In this document: positions 52,715-62,100 of the stretch, one piece after another
Layout of the letters: every line of letters starts with the position of its first letter
Numbering within the stretch: position 1 is the stretch's first letter
Origin: Candidatus Peregrinibacteria bacterium CG11_big_fil_rev_8_21_14_0_20_46_8
GTDB lineage: Bacteria; Patescibacteriota; Gracilibacteria; UBA1369; UM-FILTER-53-11
Length of the DNA stretch: 64,000 bases
Direction: 5' to 3'
Assembly (NCBI GenBank): GCA_002796025.1
Contig: PCVQ01000003.1
Coordinates: forward strand, 2,238 to 66,237
The notes under the pieces: model-generated
Told to the model about the DNA's origin: nothing
The model's database searches: none
The model's input: only the letters and a program-made list of their open reading frames with translations
Translations under genes and position numbers: made by a program

Positions 52715-53467
52715 ATGTTTGCTTCTGTTTTTCAGGAAATCGGGCTTTCTCCAAATGAGGCTAAAATCTATGAGGCGCTTTTACAGGTTGGGGTGGCCAG
52801 CGTCAGCACCATTTCGATCAAATCGAATATTCACCGCCGCAATATCTACGATGCGATAAATCGTCTTATTGAAAAAGGCCTTGTGTTTCAAATTATGGGA
52901 CAGGGTGAGAATCTTTTTAAGCCGGTTGATCCTGCAAAGCTTATGGAGCTTGTCGACGAAAAGCGCGCACTTCTCGACAGCGCTATGCCTAATCTGGAAA
53001 AGCTCTACAAAAAGAAGCCGCACGACGAAGCCGCCTATATTTATAAGGGCGTAGAGGGATTTAAAAACTACCTGCGCGACATTTTAAGTGTACAAGAGGA
53101 TGTTTGCTTTATTGGTGCCAAAGGCGCGTGGTTCGATCCGCGGCTTACTTCTTTTTTGGACCGCTTTCTTGTAGATGCAAAAAAACGCGGTGTGAAGTAT
53201 CGTCATATTTTTGACGCAGAAGTTAAAACACACGCAAAACATGTCCCGCGCTCGGTAGGGCGTCCATATAAATTTTTGCCAAAAAAATATTCGACTCCCT
53301 CAATGGTCGATATCTTTGGCGATCATGTGGTCTCTTTTACTGGCGCGGGCCTCTGCCAAATTAGCGACGACATCACCATCTTCGTGATCATCAGCCGCCC
53401 CATGGCCGACAGCTACCGCACATGGTTTCAGTTTATGTGGGATATGTGCCCGGAATATAAAGCGTAA
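52715..53467 (+). CDS. TrmB-family transcriptional regulator
   Basis: N-terminal winged HTH GLSPNEAKIYEALLQVGVASVSTISIKSNIHRRNIYDAINRLIEKGLV, followed by a C-terminal effector-type domain. Confidence 0.8.
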   Translation: MFASVFQEIGLSPNEAKIYEALLQVGVASVSTISIKSNIHRRNIYDAINRLIEKGLVFQIMGQGENLFKPVDPAKLMELVDEKRALLDSAMPNLEKLYKKKPHDEAAYIYKGVEGFKNYLRDILSVQEDVCFIGAKGAWFDPRLTSFLDRFLVDAKKRGVKYRHIFDAEVKTHAKHVPRSVGRPYKFLPKKYSTPSMVDIFGDHVVSFTGAGLCQISDDITIFVIISRPMADSYRTWFQFMWDMCPEYKA

Positions 53468-53470
53468 TTT

Positions 53471-53932
53471 TTATCGATACACCGCCGGCTTTCGTACAGG
53501 CACTGGTTTCTTCGGTTGAACTTTTAAGCAATCTCGTCGTGCATCGATGAGCGGTGTTTTTTCGCCGGTAGCCGGATCTACTCCATCAAGTTTTGTTTCA
53601 ACTGACAGAACAGCACTGCTCCACTTGCTTGAAAATTGATCAACATTAACGCTGCCTATAAATCCTTTTCCCGTGATGCGGATGGCACCGGTTTCTCTAT
53701 CTTCCTTGAAGTTCTGAGCATTATCCATAAGCATATTTTCAATTTCCATCTGTAATGAAGCGCACGATGGCATTGGCTCTTTTTGTGCACGCTCGAGTAC
53801 ATCGATAAGCCGATCTCTCACTTCACGCGAGACTCCCGGATATTCGTACGGCCTTGTATTTGCCGACACGGTAGAACAGCCGGCAATTGCTGCTGCTAAG
53901 GCGGGGATAGCATTTCTAAAATTTAGAGACAT
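53471..53932 (-). CDS. lipoprotein, unknown function
   Basis: Lipobox AIAGC; 153 aa. Lies downstream of paralog B on the same strand. Confidence 0.7.
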   Translation of the reverse strand: MSLNFRNAIPALAAAIAGCSTVSANTRPYEYPGVSREVRDRLIDVLERAQKEPMPSCASLQMEIENMLMDNAQNFKEDRETGAIRITGKGFIGSVNVDQFSSKWSSAVLSVETKLDGVDPATGEKTPLIDARRDCLKVQPKKPVPVRKPAVYR

Positions 53933-54007
53933 GGAGGTGATGTAGTAAATAAATTAGTGGGTTACTCTATATATAGAATTCCAATCCGTCAAGTTTCCAA
54001 GGGTTCT

Positions 54008-55651
54008 TTAGGAGAGGCATCCCAAATAGCATTTTTCACAGTAAATTTGCTCAGGCCGCTCTGGTGCGTACGGCGATTGCAGTTCAGTGTTGCATTTTGT
54101 GCACTGTCTCTGCCAGAGTTTTTTGGGATTTGTAAGGGCCAAGCGGTCGAGTGCGCGTTGGCGCCACTCGCGTCGGGGCAGGGGAATATTCATTTTTTTA
54201 TAAAAGTTTAATTCTTGTTCGATGATACGGTAGGGTTTGTTGCTTGCCTCGCAAATGAGCGTTTGTTCCAAAATAGAGTTGTCTATGTCGTGGATATTGT
54301 TCGGAATAGCCGTGCTTGTTGCGCGCTCTTCGCGGCTGGCGTCATCCTCCCATCTCCATCCTTGTGCAAGCGCTTCTTCCTTTTTGAGAGGATAGTACAC
54401 ACTCGCAACTGAATTGTTGTATGGAAAAGTTGATAAACTTTTTGGCAAAAACTGACCCCACTCGCCCGTACTTTTCATATGTTCGATAATGCGCGGCACC
54501 AATTCTTCCCACTCACTCTTCGTATACTGCTTGTTCAAAATACAGTACGATTTATTTTTTAATCCCACACAGCCAAAGAGATAATGCGAGCCGGTTGGGG
54601 TTAGGTCGCAGTAGGTAACATTGTCTGAATTTACGGTCATATATGAGTATCGTACATTGTATGCTGTATCGGTTGAGATGTTATTGAAGACTAGCTCGCT
54701 CGATTCACCCACATATTCACTGTTATAGCAGTCCTTAATATTCAGTCCCATGAAGACGCGGCGGCAATCCTCTCCGCCAAAAACTTCGTAACATTCGGTA
54801 CAGTTTTTTGTGTGAGAGAGGAGATCTCCGGTCGAGTTTTCGCTCTGCAAGATGCGCGCGTATTTTACTATGCGCTCTTGCCGCTTCTTTTTGAATTCTT
54901 CCCAAAGTTGCTGCTGCGTTGTATAGCTTCCATTCATCAGCTCTGCTTTGCGCCGAAAATATTCCTCTTTTGTATACTGTTTATTCTCAATCACATACTG
55001 ACGGTTTCGTAGATTAAAGCTCATAATGCAGTCCTTCGAGCCGATGCAGTCTTCGATGAAGTAACAGTCGGTGCAGCTCTTTGAATTGAATGCGAACTGG
55101 CAGCCGTAGCAGTTCTCTAAAAATGCCGAGAAGTAGCAGAGCTCGCATTTTATCGTCCAGTCGCAGTCAACGCAGTCCACGCTTTCCATAGGCAGAATCC
55201 CGTACAAACAGTCTTCGTTGCGGTCGCCGCCCACAATTAAATAGGAGTTTTTGTTGTAGACGCAGGAGTTGCAGTACTCGCTATTTGTTGAGCCTATGTT
55301 TACAAGTGCTACCCGCGGCACACGCTTCTGTATTTCTGCGAACTGCTCAAAAAATGGGCGACTAAAATCATACGGCTGGCCAAATTCCAGGGGATCCCAT
55401 GCATCACTCATCCAGTATTCGCGTTCATACACTTTGTACGGCGCATCATTCGCATACATCGAGATAATTGTTTTTTCGGTGCCGTCGCACCTACGTTTGT
55501 GCAAAAAACGGTCGTTTCGAAAACTTAATCGCCACTGCTGTTGATGAGGAAAACATACATTCCAAACCGGCGCGGCGAATTTTGCATACGATGCAATATC
55601 TTCGTCGCTTAATGTGAATTCATGCCCTCCAATGGAACATAATAAATTCAT
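54008..55651 (-). CDS. Cys-rich multi-zinc-ribbon protein, paralog B (intact, 547 aa), unknown family
   Basis: No signal peptide, dozens of Cys in CxxC-type spacing, an internally duplicated core ending in NKQYTKEEY-like strings, and a C-terminal double zinc ribbon. Confidence 0.85.
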   Translation of the reverse strand: MNLLCSIGGHEFTLSDEDIASYAKFAAPVWNVCFPHQQQWRLSFRNDRFLHKRRCDGTEKTIISMYANDAPYKVYEREYWMSDAWDPLEFGQPYDFSRPFFEQFAEIQKRVPRVALVNIGSTNSEYCNSCVYNKNSYLIVGGDRNEDCLYGILPMESVDCVDCDWTIKCELCYFSAFLENCYGCQFAFNSKSCTDCYFIEDCIGSKDCIMSFNLRNRQYVIENKQYTKEEYFRRKAELMNGSYTTQQQLWEEFKKKRQERIVKYARILQSENSTGDLLSHTKNCTECYEVFGGEDCRRVFMGLNIKDCYNSEYVGESSELVFNNISTDTAYNVRYSYMTVNSDNVTYCDLTPTGSHYLFGCVGLKNKSYCILNKQYTKSEWEELVPRIIEHMKSTGEWGQFLPKSLSTFPYNNSVASVYYPLKKEEALAQGWRWEDDASREERATSTAIPNNIHDIDNSILEQTLICEASNKPYRIIEQELNFYKKMNIPLPRREWRQRALDRLALTNPKKLWQRQCTKCNTELQSPYAPERPEQIYCEKCYLGCLS

Positions 55652-55689
55652 GGCACCTTATTATACCAATATGGTAATCTGTTCGAAGT

Positions 55690-56052
55690 ATGAAAAAAAT
55701 AATTCGCTTTGTTTGTTTGCTGCTGGTTGTTGTTTTTCTTTTTGCGGCCTGTAATGCCGATACCGAAAAAGATATATCTGCTGCCGATGATGCTGTACAG
55801 CTGGCCGAAGGCGCTTGGGGGAATCTGACATGTTACGAGTATATTGATGCGCGACGCGAAACGCTCGAACGCGAGCGCGGTATTGAGCAGATATTGCGAA
55901 CATATCGTGAGCGTGCACGTAATAAAGATGCAGATTTTTTTGCTTTTAATCAAAAAACACAACAGCAGCTTTTTACAACGTATCAAGGTATTGAGCGTGC
56001 TTTGCATATAGAGATGCAGCGTTGCCTTGGCGCCCAGCTTCGTCCTCAATAA
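55690..56052 (+). CDS. small lipoprotein, unknown function
   Basis: Lipobox LFAAC; 120 aa, helical composition. Confidence 0.65.
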   Translation: MKKIIRFVCLLLVVVFLFAACNADTEKDISAADDAVQLAEGAWGNLTCYEYIDARRETLERERGIEQILRTYRERARNKDADFFAFNQKTQQQLFTTYQGIERALHIEMQRCLGAQLRPQ

Positions 56053-56054
56053 TA

Positions 56055-56086
56055 ATAGCCCCTCGTACGTTTGTACGAGGGGCTAT
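56055..56086. terminator. bidirectional hairpin between convergent genes
   Basis: ATAGCCCCTCGTAC-GTTT-GTACGAGGGGCTAT, a perfect 14-bp stem. Confidence 0.75.
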
Positions 56087-56109
56087 TAGCCTGAACGTTA
56101 CATCACTTT

Positions 56110-59100
56110 TTACCGGTGATGTTTGGCATGCCGCCGGTTACGGCGCTTGCTTTGTGAGACATAAAAGCAGGTCGCTGCAGTGAGAATAACAAGTACTGCA
56201 GCCGCGACTTCAGGTTCAGCACGCTTCGCCAATAATTTATGCGGCGATGTTACGGTATCACCTGGCTCGCGCGCAGCAACTAATGTGAATTTTGAGAGAC
56301 TTGAGAGCTTACCGACACATGTATTTGTTGCAATATCACAAGTGGTAGGCAGCGGTGTACAGTTTTGAGAGTTTTTCTTAAAGCTGCAAACTTTAATAGT
56401 TCTTACCCACTCAGCCTCGGTGGTATCGGACGGAATGTCGCTGTCGGCATAGGTCATACTAATAGTTGCCGCACTGCCTCCGGAAGTTTGCAGTGTGGTA
56501 ACCGGCTGACCGTTTACCGTTGAGGTGACCTCGATACCTTTACCGCCAATAACTTGATAAGTGCTTGTTGATTGCGGTACTGCGGTTGTTTCTTTTACTA
56601 CGACGCTACCGTCATTATTTTGGGAATTACCGAGCGCACCGGCAGGGAAGTTAATCTCAACACCGGCATCACGTACTACTGCGCCGCGTGACGGCTGCAA
56701 TGTTTGCGTGCGTTGTTCTCGGCGTGTGTATCCTGCAATAGCAAGGAGCTCGAGATTCTGTGTGGTTGCATCGCCTTCGGCAAGCGTCACCGTAGTTGAG
56801 GCTGATTTAAAGCCGTCTCCTATTGCGGTAATAGTCCAGGTGCCTGGTGTAAGCGAGAGTGTATAGTTCGTGCTGGCGCTATCGGATGCCGCTAAATCGA
56901 CATTTGCAATCGTTGTCTGGCCATTTTCTAATGAAGCCTGTACAACAGTATCGCTGTTTACATTTTCTGTTGTATCTAATGTGCCGTCGCTATCATCGTC
57001 TTTCCAGACACGGCCTGTGATTGTCGCATTTGCTCGAACGAGTACTCGCTCTATGCCGCTTGCACTTGCCCCGTCAATTGTTACCGTAGAGGGCTCTTCG
57101 CTATCAGTACAGCCGGCTTTGGTCGCAGTTACTGCAAAGCTTCCTTCCGGTACGTTTGCAATAGACCATGTGCCGTCATCATTGACTTCTGTTGTAGCGG
57201 ATCGTCCGGTGTCACCGTCATAAATGTAAACTGCAGCACCTCCGACACACGAAGTAGATGTCGAACTTACTGTTCCGGAAATCGAATACGTTTCGGATTG
57301 CGAAAAGTTCACATATGTTGTGGCCCCGCCGGTAATGCTTACATTTTCTTTTTGACCAAGGAAGCCAATTGCATGATGATTTCCCTCAATTGTATAGGTG
57401 CCTTCCGGTACGGAGAATTCATAGACACCTGGATCGGATGATGAAGTTCCTGTGCTTCTGCCGCTGGAATCAAATGCAGAGACCCATCCGTCAGAAACGG
57501 TGTTTGAAGCACAACCATTTGATGCACTTGGATCGGAATCCGGATCATTCAATGTACATGCATACACCACTACAGTTCCGGTCTTTGCTGTCTTCAGGTT
57601 AACGCCTGTAGTATTGCTACTATATGTTTGACTTGAGAGAGATTGGGTCGGGCCTTGTGATGGGATAAAGCCTTCAACGTTGTAGCCGCTGCCTGCTGCA
57701 AGCTGCATGGTATAGGTACCATCGGAACTGGTAAATGCACTATTGTAGCCTCCAGTTGTATCGCTCCATGCATTTACAAATGAGTTGCCCGCGCCCTCAC
57801 CGGAATCTACGGAATTATTTCCGTTGCTATCTATATACACCGTTCCGCTGATGGTTACACAGCTGTCACTCTGCGATTGGATATTCTTAGAAGTTAAATT
57901 AGTGCCAGCTACAACCGAAACGGTAATCGAAGGCATCGCACCACAACTTGATTGTGCGAAAGCGCTGATCTTCCAGCGTTTTGGGCTGCCACTTGTTCCT
58001 CCGGAAACAAAGAGCGTGTAGTTCCCGTTTGCATCGGTCGATGCACCCGTCCATCCGCCAATCGGTTCGCCGTCTGCGTTAACCTGATTTGCCGTTACAT
58101 AACTATAGCTTATTGCATTGCCGGCATCATCGAGTACTTTTCCGGATACAGATGTATCCGGCTTTGCAATTACTAAGACGAGATCGTCTTCGTTTGCAGT
58201 GCCCGATAATGTTGCACTTGAGAAGCCGCCTACATTGTTTTCGATGAACTCACTATCACAGTAGACGTCGGCAGTACTATTGCCATCAGAGGTCGACTCG
58301 TTATCTTTTACATCACATTCCATGAAGTTTGACTCCGGCATGCCGGGTTTGAATGCATGAAGATCGTATGTGCCCGGTGTAACATTTATTGTAAAGAGCC
58401 CATTTGTATCTGATTGTGCGAAGCCTCCCCAGAAGCTCTGTTCGCCGAAATTGAGTGGATGGGCATTTACATACGCACTCTTAATCGCAGCTCCGTTTCC
58501 ATCCACAACTTTACCCTTAATTTGATATGTTGCTGCAGTGATGGTAAAGCAGAGTTCGTTGTCCGTTGCGCCAGATCCGCTTGTACATTTATCAACCACA
58601 CCCTGTGAAGTTACCACAACTTCTTCAGGCGCTGGCGGTACGAAATCTACCGTTTGTGATGTGCCTGAGAATGACGGGCCGACATTTATCATCCACTTAC
58701 CTTTCGCGAGGGACAATGTTGTCGTGCCTATTCCGCTGCCATTCAAGGTAACTGTTTTTGGTGGAATATAGCCGCCAAAATTGCTGCCGAACTCTTCTGC
58801 TGCGAATGAACCGTTTTGTGTAGTACTCGCATCTCCACCATGAAATGTTTCTGTGCGTTCATTCACATCGCCGAGACGGAATGCATAGACATCAACCTTT
58901 TTATTTGCGAGCCCGCTGCCGCCGCTTAAATATACATCAAGTATATTTTGAGAACTTACGGCGCTCACGGTAAAGTTACTGTTGTTTGCGCTCTCACCAC
59001 TTGCTAGATAAATATCTTTAAATGTATTAGATGCAAGATAGCTGCTATTTGTCGGCAGCTCCATATTTATAAAGTAGTAGCTGTTGTCGTAAAGATTTGG

Positions 59101-62100
59101 GAATGTATAGTAGCCGTCCGCATCAGTTGTTTTACATTCATAACCGGTAGGGCCGCTCAAACATACTTTTGCACTTTCTACGCGCGCTTCGCCGCCATTA
59201 GGCAGCTTGTCGCCGGCTGTCCCGCCTGATGCGCCATCGTCGACAAAGACATATCCGGATATGGTGCTTGAACCTGCCGCCAAAATAAAGAACGGCATAG
59301 TTGTTTTTGTTTCAAGCGTTGTGCCGCCAGAATTTTTCGTTGTTATATCGATTGTGTAGCCAGTGGTATTGTAATCTTTCGCAACCGGTGAATTTGTTAC
59401 CGGGAAATTGAATTCAAGGAAGTCGCCGGCATTAATATCTGTACCATTAATGGTAATGGTTACTTTGCGTGTGCTGCTATCACAGCTGATGCTTGCAACT
59501 GTCACTGTTCCATCGTGCCAGCCGTTAATGTCGGTATTTGCAAAATCAGTTGTGCTCCATGTATTACAGCTGCTCGGAAAGGTGAATCCGCTTGGGAAGG
59601 CCAGTTCAATTGTGCCGTTTTCTGGAATTGTTGTTCCGGCTTCAAAGTAGAACCAGTATTTTGTTGTTGCTCCTGCGACGTTTGATTCTGACCAGGTATT
59701 AACCGGACTAATGCCCCAATTGTACCAATCGGTGCCATCAGTCGTTGTAGTGCCATCAAGATTAGTTCCGGCATAATCGTAGTTTGCATCATTAATATCG
59801 TTGACAATTGCTTGCAGCGTATTCGATGCCGAATCCATGGCATTGCCCGCATAATCTACGAGGAATGTACTTGGTGTAACTCTGAAGAGCGACAACGGAG
59901 GCATACCGATACCTGAGAATTTGACCTTCAAGGCGATTGGATCGTAAACCACAGAAACTTGATCGAATGGAGTATGTACGTTCCATGACTGGCCATCATC
60001 AAAGCTGGTTTCGATCGTCCAATTGTTAAAGTTATTTACATCACTGCTGCCTGAGCTTGTTGAGTTTTCATAGTTTTTTGCAGCATCGAACGGCATAGGT
60101 TCAGAAAGGTAAACGGTAATTGAGTCGTTATCACCGTTAATACTTGTGACCGAAGGTGCAGTTGTATCGTTTGCTGAGCCATCAATGAGGCCGTTTGTGG
60201 TGAATGTTATTGTTTGCTGTGTTGCAGCATTACCCGCAGCATCGGCAATACCCCAGGCCGAATTATATGGATTTGTAACTAAAAAGTATGTGCTGTTTGC
60301 AGCGAGCAGCGCATTCGGATACACATGTACGGCTCGTCCATCTCCTTCTATTAATCCGCTGGTATTTGTTACGAGTGTATCGTCATGTCTGTCGAATGTG
60401 CTGTCCCCATTATCTAAATAGAGTGAGAGACCTACATTTAAATTAGTCACCGAACCTCCAGAGCTAAATGACTGAAAGAAGCGTGTGCCATCGATCGGTT
60501 CGTTAAACGTAACGATCATATCGCTAATGCGTCGGTCAACCGTAGCGCCTTCTTGAGGATATGATGATTCAATTTGAGGACCCGTACTATCATTGGCTGC
60601 CGTCGAAAAATCAAGCTGATACTCTCGCTCGAGCGCGATACCCCGGTTTGAAACTACACAAGCTTCCGGAAGGCCGAATCCGCAGCTTCCGTTGCGCGGA
60701 TCGGTATCGTTATCTCCTTGAATTTCGAGCGTATAGGTATTACCACTTGTTACGCTTTCTGGAAGCGGAATACGCACGCGTGTCGTTTGTCCGGACGATG
60801 TCGTTGTCCAGCCGGATGTCGATGTTAACAGATTGCTGCCTGTTGTCTCGCCAAATGAATTCAGTGCAAAGAGCCGGAAGTTCTCCGTTTGCAATGCGTT
60901 ACTGTCGAGTGGCACGGAGAAACTAATAATCAGTGAGCCGTTCTCTGCAATGTTTCCACCATGAAATGGTACGGTACCGGTTACATACGGTGGAGGTACA
61001 TAGTCGATGAAGCCGGTAAAAGTATATGTAGACGAGCTAAATGGAGGCCCGATACCTAGCGAACTAACACCTTGATCGATGGTTGTGGCTTGGTCGGCCT
61101 GAATGGTTGCGATCGCAATCAAAACATTATCTTCGATCGGTGGATTAATGATTTGTGCATCACCAAGTGCGCCTTTATTTGCGTGCGCACCAATTCGAAT
61201 CTCTACAGCTGATCCTGCTGAGATACCCGTAGTGCTGTTAAGGTCAATAATAACGACGTTCGGTGAAGTAAAGGTTACGCCATCTTCGGTTGAAGTCGCA
61301 GTTGCTGCAAGTTTGCGGTGTGAATCGGTTACGAGCAGGTCGACATCACCTGCATCGAGAGCACTACTAAACGTAAAATCATTATTTTCAAAATCCGGAG
61401 CGAATACTACGATGATCTGTCCACTCGCTGGAATATCATTTACAGTTGTAAATCCGAATGTCCAGTTGCTGCCTTCACCTGCCGCCGTGTTACTGCTTGT
61501 AGTTGTAACCGTTAGAGTTCCAGTCGAAGAAGCTGTAGTGATGACCATTGTTGTTGAGCCTTCGTCGAGTTTTGATCCGGCGTCATTTTGAGTGGTAATA
61601 GTAATGGTGTAATCTCCTGCGGTTGCAGGGTTTGTCATTTGTCTGTCGCCTGTTGCTCCTTCTAATGCATTAAGTCCAATTGTTATATCTACAGGCATGC
61701 CCGCATTAATGCTTGTGCTGGAATTTAATTCGATATCAAATGTAGTCCCGGTAATACTTACACCGTCCTCACTTGTGGAAGCAGTTGCTGCAAGTGTTCG
61801 AGGAGAGCCATTAACCGTAAGATCAACATCTGTATAGTCGAGCCCAAATTCGGGCGTAAAAGAAGAATCAAAAGCCACGATAATATGTCCGCCCGCTGGA
61901 ATTTTGCTTGTTGTTGTGAATGAAAGGGTATGATTTGTATTTGCTGATTCTGTGTCGTCAGGTGCTGAATCGGTTACCGCAATACTATTTACAGTAGTTA
62001 TTGTATTAGTAGTACTTCCTGTATCGATTGTTGTCGCGGTCACATTGTTCTGTGTTGTTACTGTAGTCGTGTATGTACTAGCACTCACAGGATTTGTATA

